Origin: Hydrolagus affinis
Taxonomy: Eukaryota
Direction: 5' to 3'
NCBI GenBank assembly: GCA_012026655.1
Contig: JAAILG010002270.1
Coordinates: 1 to 56,096 of the forward strand
Length of the DNA stretch: 56,096 nt
Below are positions 9,087-21,000 of this stretch, in pieces; positions within the stretch are counted from its first letter, which is position 1; every line of letters begins with the position of its first letter. The position numbers and the translations under genes were made by a program. Under the pieces are notes generated by a model. That model was not told the origin of the DNA. It did no database searches and was given only the letters and a program-made list of their open reading frames with translations.

Positions 9087-12000
9087 CTGCTAAAGAAACG
9101 CAAAGTTAGATTTCTTTTTTTTTTACAACATTAAAATAACAAATCAGACATAATAATACTTTTATTCAAAATATATATTCGATAAAGGGCCTTATCACGT
9201 CGTTGAGATGTCTCAAAGTGCTTCACAAAATATGCCGTCAAATGAATTGACTGTATTTTGTGGGCGAAACGCAGCAGCCAGTTTCATATAAAATGATGGA
9301 TTGCACATTTGATAAAAAAGCGCACCCACAATGCTATGTTCGGTACTTTCTCACCTTTGATGCAACCAGTAATCATTTTCCCCGCAGTTGCTTCGAGTTG
9401 ACTCATACTTGCGTGCCCCACAAAAGAGCTTGAGCTCATGGATAACATCGATTCTTTCATAGATGACATGCTACTAGAGGACATGCTGGCAAATTTAACT
9501 TCCGACATGCTGCTGCTGCTGCTGCTGGCTTCCTGTTTGCTCATTTGGACTGTCTTGGAAGAGAATTGTTCTTGCATGCTAGCAGAAGCACTTGTCTCCA
9601 GAACCACCATTTTAGCAGGTTCTTCAATCAGAACTGTGGAGCACAGCAAATAAAAATGATGCACAAAAATGACATCACTTTTGATATAGGTTCAAAGGTG
9701 AAGTCAATCTGATCTTACAGTGATCAGAAAACAAGTCCAACTTGAGTATACCATATTATCATGTATCAATATATAAAGACCAAAGGAAATCACATTTTGG
9801 ATCTGCTTTAGATTGAAAACAAATCAATCCCGAATTTGTGTGTTGAGCCATTGTTCGATATGGTATTTCAGAAACTCAAGCAAAGGTACTTGCACCCAAA
9901 GCGCCAAAATCATAATATCAAATATTTAATTTGAAGCAGTGACATACCGAGCACATTCAAAGATGCTGTTGCAGAACACTGTCCGTGGAAATTCTTTGCT
10001 GTCACTGTATACTTTCCACTGTCAGAGACTGTTGTGTTCAGAATTTCTAGCGTGTATTTGCTTTTGCGACGGCTCACTTTCATATTTCTTGTTATCGCAA
10101 TCTGAAATATGATAGCAAATTGCTTTTTATTACAAGCCAAAGAACACGCACACGAAAAAAAAGCTGGAGCTAAACTGGCAGCATGCAGAAGTGAACAAAG
10201 TACTTACAGCATGATTGTCTTTGAGCCACTCTACCTCTGGAGAAGGGTCTCCTGATATCTCACAATTGAAAATCACATTTTGTCCTTCGTTAACATTTTG
10301 GGATTTGGGTTGTGCAACGAATGACGGGGCATTTGACTGACTATGTTTCACTACTAGATCAAATTGGCATTTTACTACTCCGTGTTCGGTTTTAGCCTCA
10401 CAAGTGATTACTCCTTCATCTGTGAAACTGACTGTTTTGATGGCTAGCGTGTGGTCGCTTCCAGACACACCATATCGATAATCCTCTGAGTTTCTAAGCT
10501 CAGTACCATTCAAGATCCATTTCACATTGGCAGCCTGCGGTATGTTGGCCTTAAGTATAACCTTCTGGCCATTTACTGCGTTCATCTGCATCTTAGAGGC
10601 TTTAATTTCTGTGTATGATGTTTTGACCTCTTCAAACATCGATGCTTGTTTAACAATCTGTTCCTCGACTACTGTTTCGTGTGATTTAATTGAACTTTTT
10701 CTCTGTGATTCAACTTGAAGGCTATCAGCGGTGGAGCTTTTGGAAACTGGAAAATACAAAATACAAAATATTATATATGGGATCATCTTGAGGTGCTGAT
10801 GAAGTGTTCTAAAGGATACGAACCAATGCTCTTACCTTTTACTGTCACTTTGCAGCTTGTGGTGGTTGACCCAGCCGAATTTCTAGCTGTGCATCCGTAA
10901 ACTCCGCAGTCAGATATCTCAGCACCTAGGATTTCAAGGCAAAAGCTACCGTGCTCTTCAAATATTTTATATTTGCTGCTCTGAGAAATAGTCTGTGGAA
11001 ATGAAGGAATAAAATGAATAAATAAATATCAAACAACAGTAACTTGCATTTATATAGTTCCTCTCACGCAGGGCAGCGTCCCAGAGCGCTTACTAAAGAG
11101 ACAATACACCAACAACAACAAAATTACATTTCTAGAGTGCCTCTCATATCGGGAGGACGTCCCAAGATACTGATAGCAATGTATCTACAGGATTTAAAAT
11201 ATTTCTATGCGCAGAATTGAGGCAATAGAAAACAGCCACGTACCAGGCCATCCTTGGTCCAAGTTACAGTTGGTTTAGGTTCTCCTGTGAGTTTGACCGT
11301 CAGCCTCGCCATGGTATCAGAGGCTACAGACAGGTCACTGAGGTACATGGTGATAACTGGCTTCAAGGCCACTTCTTTTTTCTGCACAGCTGACTTTGAT
11401 TCGGTGATTTTGGCCACTTTGCTGACCGCGCTTTTGAAGGCTTGACCGACGAAAGAGAAAGCGGTCTTCGACACACCTCCCTCACCGGTGATTTCGCAGG
11501 TGTATTCCCCCTCATCGCTCTCGTTAAGCCCGTGGATGTTCAGGCTATAGACGCCGCTGGCAGAATATTCCAATTTGAAGTGACTGTTCTCCCGTACCTT
11601 ACGGCCATCTTTCAGCCAACTCAATTCTTTCACATTGAGTACAGTGCTCTCCACTGCACAGGTCAGTTTGACTGTACCGTCTTCATATATTTCAGGTTTT
11701 AATCCTTGAGAGATCTTGGGTGGAGTGGTTGCAGGGATTTCCACTCGCTCCGCTGAAGCTGTTCGGACAGGTGGAGGTGACTTAACTCTAGAGGGAGAGC
11801 TGGCTTGGTCTGGGGATTTAAGTCTCTTGGATGATTTACTTGCCATTGATGGTTTTCCATGAGGTTCAGGGGACTTCACTCTCGGAGGTGATACCACGCC
11901 CATTCCCTTTGCTCCAGCTTTTCGGATGGTTAGAGTAAAATGTGCTTCTTGCCTTCCTGCAGCGTTTTCAACCACCACAGTGTAGTTTCCTTCATCGGAA

Positions 12001-15000
12001 GATTGAACCGACGAGATTGCAAAGGTAGATTTGAATTGCATTGATGTGATAAGGTGTCGCCTGGAGGATGAAATTGTTGTTCCAGCACGTTTCCATGTCA
12101 CAGTGGGTGCTGGCTCGCCATCAACGTCGCAAACAAATCTCACAGATTCTCCTTCTGCTACTGTGGCTGATTGTGGTTTTGTGAGTATTCTTGCTTGGAG
12201 AGCGAGTTTAGTTGATGTCCGAGTGGATCTTTCTTCACTTGCTTTGATTTCCTCTGTTCTTACTTTTCTCTCTTCGACAGCATGACTTTCAAAGCTTGTC
12301 GCCTCCATTCTCTGGGACTCTTCGTATTTAAAGGCTCTTTGTTCAGAGCTACTTTCGGTTGTTGTCGCTTGTTTAATGGTGGAGAGCTGGTAAATATCGG
12401 TTCGCGTCATCTCGGGTACAAACGGTTTTGGTGGTTCTTCGTCCTTACGACGAGACAAGTAGGAAGAGTAGCCACCGCCAGTAACATCTAGTGTCGCATA
12501 ATCGGAGGTTTCTCCTTTGTAATTGGAACAGACAACACGATAAGTTCCACTGTCCTCAGCTTGACAATTGACAATCTCCAGTGTCAGCACGCCCGTCATA
12601 TCGGTAAAGTTATATTTCTCCCCCTCTTGAATCTCTCTGCCGTTGTGATACCACTTCACATCGGATCTTGGCTTGGACAGAATGTTTAATGTGAATCTGG
12701 TCGTCTGTCCGACTGGGACGCGGTGAGAACGCATCCTCAGTGTTATACGCGGTCCGTGGTCAAGGGAGAAGGGCTGCTGAGTGACCACTTCATATTTTCT
12801 TTCCGTGGTTTTCTGAGACTTTAGCGCAGATTTCATTGAGTCGTATCTGGAAAAAATGTCGAACCGGGTGGTCCGTTCGAAACGCGAGAGCGAACCTTCC
12901 CTGGAGACAGGGCTGGGCGAGCGGGGTCGGGTTCTCTCTGGGGTAGGTGAGCGTCCTTCCGAGCCTTCGCTCTCAGAGTCCAGCCTCTCAGCTGGGCGGC
13001 GGGGTCGAGACCTGATCAGTTCAGACACTGGTCTCATCAGTTCCATGTAGGTCGGGGAAAGCGATCGCCTCCTCCTCAGGTACTTCGAGACGGAGGGAGA
13101 TTCCCTGCGGACGTACTTCTTGACTTCCATGACATCTTCTTCCTCGCCTACTTGTGTCTGTACAATTCCCACCTGTCGTCTACTTTGCAACCTTTGCTTC
13201 TCCTCGTGTTCCATATGCTGAAGCTCCCTTTTGTAGGTGGTCAACCTCTCGGTCATACGGTATGGTCGGAGCAGCTCTTCGTCCTCTCTGTCGTCGATTA
13301 CTCTTTGCTTCTGTTTCGGTGGCTTATAAACGGCCTTGTCGTGACGCTGGCGGAGGTCGATAAAGCTTGGGCCGGCTTCATACTTGGATGGGATATGATA
13401 CGTTTCGTACCTGTGATAATCTTCCTCCTCCTCTTCTGTAACTTGTTTTGTCCGTACGGATTTGCGCTGAAGTGATGATAACTCAAAACGCGGAGGGCTG
13501 TACCTTGGGGGAGAAGCGGAAAATCCCAACACAAGTTCCTCCTCAAGCCGTAGTCTTTCCTCTTCTACTCTCTTCATTGAAAGGTAGTCATCCACAGGGA
13601 GAAGCAATTCATCAACTGAAACATCGCCAAGCGATCTCCTTCTTGGCCTACAACATATTTCACACACGGGCGATATTGAGCGCCTTCGAGCTGGTCTGAC
13701 TATTTCCAGATCATCTTGGGACAAGGTTGGTATGCGCCATTTGGGTTTATACTGATCTGTAAAGCGTGGAAGAGGCACCTCATAGAACTGTTCCCACCTT
13801 GAGAGACGGATTCGTTTGGGTCTCTTTGTCACAAGTTTCTCTATGGTTCCTGGAATTTCATACTGGTCTCGTATCTTCCTGTACCACTTCATATCCGACA
13901 AAGGCACAAATTGTTTGATATCCTGATTTTCTTCGATTGCACGTGCTTCATGCACACGAGGTTGTGGTATGTCATATGGCATGCGAAGTTTCTTTTCTGC
14001 CTTTGCCTTTACTTCCTTCGAAATCTCATATTCTCCTTGTACGTTCTTTGTGCTGACAGCTGGTTTATACATTGTAGCAGCTTCTCTCAGTGCATCCTGT
14101 GCTACTGCTGTCAATGACACATGTTCAACCTTTGCCAGTATTTCAGCCATTCGCAAGGTTTTGTCGATTTTCTTCTGAACTTGCACTCGGCGGTCCTCCT
14201 CATCCCTATACTGATGCTTGACGTAGGTCACACGCTCAACCTTTAGGTAGGCTTGACAACTTGATGATCCAGCACTGTTGGTTGCAATAACTCTGTAAAC
14301 GCCAGAGTCCTCTACTAACGTGTCCCTTATGCTCAACACATAGTAGTCTAGACCTTCATGGATCACTTCAATATTTGGAAATAGTGGCAAAGATTGACCA
14401 TCTTTCTCCCACTTCAGAGTCGGAGGTGGTGTGCCAGACACTCTGCATTCAAAACGAACAGAGTGGCCTTCTACGCATTCCAAATTCGCCAACAATCGCT
14501 TAAACATTGGCCTTAAAGTATTGTCTGCTGGAGGCGGATGAGGCGTTACCGTCAATTTGCCTTTGCAGCTGTCCTCACCATATTTATTCCGAGCCAATAC
14601 ACTATATTCAGCATCGTCATCTAATGTTACATTGTGGATTAGAAGCTGGTAGAGGCCTTTGTCAGTTATAAAAGTATACTTTTTCTCATCTTCGCCTGGT
14701 TTAATCTTCTGGCCAAATTTTAACCACGTTACTCGTGGGTCAGGGTGTACAGTGATAGTGACACCGAACCTGACAGTTTCTCCAACGTATGCAGAATGAT
14801 TGTACAAAGGCAAAGTAAACTCTGGTGGCTTCTCAAGGAGCCTCCTGGTATCCACTCTGCGTTTTGCCTTCCTCACCTTACGTTGCACATAATAGGAACG
14901 CATTTCTCTGACACCGCTCACAAAGAGTTCTGCGTAGGAGCTATCTTCACCATAGTCATTCTGCACTCTGCATCGGTAAGTGCCATCGTCGGCATTGTTG

Positions 15001-18000
15001 ATGTCTTTAACATACATTGTTGCCAAACCATCTTGGTAGGTAATTTCATATTTGTTGCTGCTTTCCAGTTGCCTAATACCAAAGTACCAAGTCACTTGGG
15101 TAGCCTCGTCATAGTTTTCTATCTTGCAGGAATATTTAACGTGTCCGCCTTCTTCAGCAGTGGCATGCATAATTTGGGAAGTAAGTGGACCGATATCGAT
15201 TGGAGCCACCTTAACTTTAGCAATAGTAACCCCACGTTGTGATCTAATAGCCCCACCAGAAGATATGCGGGCAGAAGAGACAACAACATTGAAATCTTTC
15301 TTCACCAGGCTCTGATAGTATCTTCTGTGCCTCAGAGTCTTAATGACTTTGGTGCTCATTGTCTCTGTCCTCTGTTTCAACCAAGGATGTTCAAGGGCAT
15401 CGGCAGCAGTCATGCGGCTCTTCCAATCTTTGACCAGAAGGCGATCTACAAAGTCCAGAGCTTCAGTAGAGATATCTTTGAAAGCTTCGTCCTCAAAGTT
15501 GTATTCTGCATTGCAAATGTTGTCGATAATCTGCTGGTTTGTCTCAGCCATAAATGGATTGAAGCCACAAAGCAGTACATAGACAAGAGTACCTACTGAC
15601 CACATGTCAACAGATGTTCTGACCATATCGTGCTGATGCAGCTCGGGTGCTGTGTATTCTGGGGCAGTGAATTGTATCCTAATGTTATCACCGGGTTTAA
15701 GTTGCCTTGCCTGTCCAAGTTCAATAATCTTAACTTTGGAACTCTTTCTCGTTGTGAAGATGACATTTTCTCCTTTGATATCAAAATGGCCTATATTCTG
15801 ACTATGCAGGAACTCAAGGGCTTCGCAGATCTGTCGAGTGTAGTTGATAATTTCCCTTTCACTCAACTCAAAAGTGGATGTGCTAATGCGTTCAAAGATA
15901 TCAACCCCTGAGATGAACTCAAAGACCATGACCAGTTCTTCAAGACTATCAAATGATTCGTGCAGCTGAAGGATGCTGTGGTGTTTAGCAACATTGAAGG
16001 TCTTAATCTCCTTCTTCACCAATACCTGATCAGCGCCTTTTATTTTAACGAACTTGACCATATAAGTTTTCTTACTGCTCTGATCGATGCATCGGTGTAC
16101 AATACCAAACTGTCCGCGCCCTAATTCTTCAGCAATCATGTATTTGGTGTGAAGTACTTTGGTAGCAGAATGAGTAGCTTTCTGTTTGGTTATCTCTCTC
16201 AGTTCATCAACCTCCTCGTCATAGTTCATAACCCTGGTCTTGTCTTCCTTAGTGACGACAGGTTCGGTTGATTCCGATGGTTGACTCTGGCCAAACTTGT
16301 TCTCCGCAATGACGCGGAACAGGTAGCTCGTCTTGCCAAACAGATTCACAACAGTGTAGCGTGTCTCACGCGATTGACCAACACGGATCCACATTTCTGC
16401 CGTGGTTGCGCACTTTTGAATAACGTAGTTAATTACTTTGCTTCCACCATCGCTGGCTGGAGGATTCCATGTTAAAGCAACAGAATCGCGCGAAATGTCG
16501 CTGACTTGGATTCCTCTTGGTGGGTCAGGTACATCTGCCACGTCCAGTTCAATGGTTTGCTGATCTATGCCAAACCTGTTCTTGGCACATACAATGTAGA
16601 AACCAGCATCTTTCCTGTCGACTCCATTGGGGAATACGAGAGATGTGAACGACCTGGTCACAATGACTTGGAAGTGACCGTTAGTATCGATCAGATCTTG
16701 TCCCTTTTGCCATGTGATGACAGGATCAGGCTTGCCAACGAAAGGAATTTTAATGCTAATTATTTCACCATGGAGAGCGTGCACTGCACCCATGCCTTCT
16801 AGGTGTTTGGGTAAGTGAATCTCGGCTGGAACTATCAGAAAGAAAAAGAGACGACATTTACTTTTACGGGTTAAACATTAAAGTCGCAGCACATTTAATA
16901 CATGTATTACTATTTTCTTCCTGACCATTATAAAACATGTTTACGACATTACTGGGGAATATATACCTTCAACATCCAATGATACTGTGGTTGAAATAGA
17001 ACCTCCTTGGTTTGTTGCACGGATTTGGTAAACAGTAGCATCTTCTCCTACTACACTTGTAATCACCAGTTGGTGGTAGCCACCCTTAAATTCCTGGACC
17101 TTTATTTTTACACCATCAGGCTCGATCTCTTTGCCTTGTTTGAACCATTTCACGATTGGTTTAGGATTTCCAGTAACCTTGCAAACAAAAGTGGCGTTGC
17201 CCTTATATTTGACATTCAGGTTGCGCAATTCTTCTTTGAACTGCGGTGCTCTGATGGGCACATCGGACTTTGGAACAATGGGCTCAGATACCTCGCTCCA
17301 GTCACTCTCACCACCAAGGTTTTCACACTTGACACGGAACTCATATTCCAGGCCTTCGATGAGGCCTTTCACAGAGTAAACGGTCTCATGGATTTCATCG
17401 GTTGTGACGGTGATCCATTTGTTCTGCTTCTTCTCGCGTCTCTCAAGGTAGTAGTTTCTAATCTTTGCACCACCATCGCTAGTGGGTGGCTTCCATGACA
17501 CCACGCAAGAGTCCTTTGTGACAGCAGCTACAGCAGGTTTCGATGCCTCGCCAGGCTTTCCTGTAGAGGACAAAATAAAAAGAAAATTCGACTTGACGAG
17601 ATAAGACAGAAAATATTAAGAGTAATCTGCAAACATTTCAAATGCAGTGTGACGCTACCCTAAGCGAATGCAAGTAAATGCAAGTAGTTTTTGCTGTTGA
17701 CTTACCAAATGTACTCTTGATGAAGACAACGGATGAGACTTCCAATGCCTGACTGACGCCAAACTGGTTCTGAGCAGAAACACGGAAGTAGTATCCAGCA
17801 TTATCGATAAGGTTTACAATTCTGCAAGAGGTGCCAGCAATAGCAGATGATACAAGATGCCATTTTTCTTCTTCTTTGGCTTCACGCTTTTCTACAATAT
17901 AATTGGTAATCATAGCTCCTCCGTTATCAATTGGTGGTTTCCAGCTGATCAATGCCGAATTCTTCAGGATAGCATCCATTACTATTGGCCCTTCAGGAAT

Positions 18001-21000
18001 ATCTGGCTTATCTGTAGAGAAACATAACTGGTTTTAGACTGACTGTTACGGTGAGTGAAGTATCTAGCAATAAATTATGTCAAACTACCACATAAAACCA
18101 AACTCGATGAAATTACCTTGTATTTCCACATCAATTACAGCATCCACTGTTCCAAATACGTTGCTAAGTTGCACTTTGTATTTTCCAGCATGGATTTTCC
18201 GATTGACATTTCTGACTACAAGGTGAGTGTAGTTTTCTGTGTTTTCTATCGATACAGTCTCTGAATTTGCTAAAGGTTTCTTGCTGTGGAACCAGTGAAT
18301 AGCAGGAACAGGACGACCAATGTAGACCACGTGGATGCGGAGACTTGTGCCACTGCCAACTATATATTTTTCTTTCAATGGGAATCCAGAATGGAACTGT
18401 GGAGGTGCTTGGAGCAAGAGCTTGCCCGTAACTTCAGTCTCCCCAGCATCATTGGTGGCCTTGCAGGTGTATGGACCTTCATCGTCCTGGTCTTCTGTTT
18501 TAACAGTTAATGAATGGTTACGTCCATCTGAGCTCATTTTATACTTGCGGCTTTGAGTTACTTCTTTGATGTAATGGAACCACTTGATTTCAGGAAGCGG
18601 TTTACCAATAATCTGGCAGCTCAGTGTTCCGCTCTCACCCAATTTAGTTGTAACCTCTTTAATTTCTTGTCTGATCGCTGGTGCTTCTCCAGCTGTTGAT
18701 TTTTTTTTAAAAAAAGAGAAAGGACAAAAGGACAATTAGCAAGTGTTGGTTTCAACAACATATAGAATCTATTCATTTAAATCTACACAAAAATATAGTA
18801 CGAATCAAAAAACGTACAGGTCAGTTTAGTCTTGATTGTTACAGGAGTTCTGCGCGGCCTGCCGATTCCAGTCTCGTTCTCGGCGAAGACTCTGAATTCA
18901 TATTCCGTAGCCTCCAGGAGGCCTCCTTGGGTAAACTGTTTGTCTTTGATGAGATCCTTGTTGCATTTCTTCCAGGAACTCTCGCCAGATTGACGGTACT
19001 CAACCCAGTAACCAATGATATCCTTGCCACCATCGCATTCAGGACGCGCCCATTTTATAGCGATACTGTCCTTTGTGACAGAAATGATCTCGATTTCTCC
19101 GGGTTGGCTTGGTTTATCTGGGAATAGGAAATGGGTGTTTTAATTAGAAATATGTTATAAAACAATGGATGACATGTGATACATTCGTTCCAATGAAGAT
19201 ATTGCAACCATACTGGGTTTCAACTCCCAGACGTATAAGTTCAATTCATTCAAATGAAAGATTTAAGTGCAGCCAGAAAAATATAACATACCAAAGGGAT
19301 CCTTGCATATAACACTCTCTGATGCTTGACTTGGTTCACTGAATCCTACTTCATTCTGGGCCAGGATACGGAACTGATAATCAGCGTCTGGTACAAGTCC
19401 TATGATAGTGTACATTGTTGTGGTAATTTGGGTCTTGTTCTGTCGGACCCATTTATCTGTAGTGGATTCTTTGCGATCAATAAAATAGCCAGTGACGCGA
19501 GATCCACCATCATCCTTTGGCCTTGACCAAGACAGAGAGACGGATGTTTTGGTAACATCCAAGATTTCGGGAGGATTGCTTGGAGGCTCTGGTGGATCTA
19601 AAACAAAGAGCAGTTAATTTATTATTGACTTGAGATATAGTCACATTAACACTCCATTATCAACATTAACAGCACACATATACACACACACACACAAACG
19701 AATGACTAATTAATCTGAAGAATTGCTGAAGACAATTTTGAGAGTAAGATAATATTTTACTCTGTGTTCAACAAATGATACACTTACTTAGTTGTGTCTT
19801 TGGTATAACTGGTTGTTCAGATTTTAGAGATTGACTGATGCCAAAGTTGTTTTCAGCAGAAACTCGGAAGTGATATTCCGTGTTTTCTTTCAGGCCTTTA
19901 ATAACAACGGAACACTCCTTTACTGTGCAATCCACAGTGTACCAGGCGGTTTTAGGCACCTCACGTCTCTCAACAATATAAGCAATGATGTCTGATCCAC
20001 CATCATCAGTGGGAGGTCTCCAGCTAACTCTGACAGAACGAGCTTGAATGTCGTCAAATTCAAGTGGTCCTTCTGGACGATTCGGAATTCCAATCACTTT
20101 CACCTTAATGTAAACTGCCTTTTTGCCACATTTGTTTTCGAGGACCAAGTCATAAGTGCCTGAATCATCTCTATCTGCTTCTTTTATCACGAGTTCAGTG
20201 TGGGTGTCACTTGATGCGATCATAGCGCGGTGGCTGACATCACAACCTTCCTTCGTCCACTTGCAAACAGGAATAGGTTTGCCTTTGATCGGCACGGTCA
20301 GCTTGACAACTGCACCTTGTCTGACCATCAGGCCTTCCAGATATTTAGGATCAAGTTCATAATCAGGATATACTGCGGGAAAAAAACCCAAAAGAAAAAT
20401 TATTCAACTTTTAACACAGCGAAGATTCAATACGGCAGACAATCATGTTATTATCCCCAAACCAAACCTCTGCAAAATGATTCAGGAACAAAGGTAGAAA
20501 TAAAAGAAAATATCTGAAGATTAAGAATTCTCACCTATCATTTCAGTGACTTTGACTGTTCCTGGGACATCAGCAGGTTCACCTGGTCCACCAGCATTAA
20601 CTGCTAATATCCTGAACCTGTATTCAGCTCCCTGTGGCATGTGAGTCAGGGTGTATTCACAGATCTTTGTTGGAGTGGTATTGCACTTGGTCCATTCAAA
20701 CTGATCAACTTTCTGCATTTGAATGAGGTACCCAGTGACCTTGGAACCTCCTTCCTCATCCGGTGGGCTCCAGGCAAGAGACACGGATGTCCGTGTACTG
20801 TCTGTAACTCTTGGGTTCTGAGGCTTTTCGGGTGGTTCTGCGGAAGACAACAAATCAAGTTGATAACGCAACTTGTTAACATTAATAGTAATATTCCTTG
20901 CATTTGATGCAGCACTTTATCACATGGTCGAGATGTCTCAATGTGCTTCACAGGAAATACTGTAAAGTGAATTGACTGTATACTGTATAAAGACTGTATA

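Noticed and set aside
12700-13400. CpG-rich patch in Mex1 as an internal or antisense promoter
   Set aside because: Explained by Arg/Ser/Pro-rich coding content; no independent promoter evidence is visible
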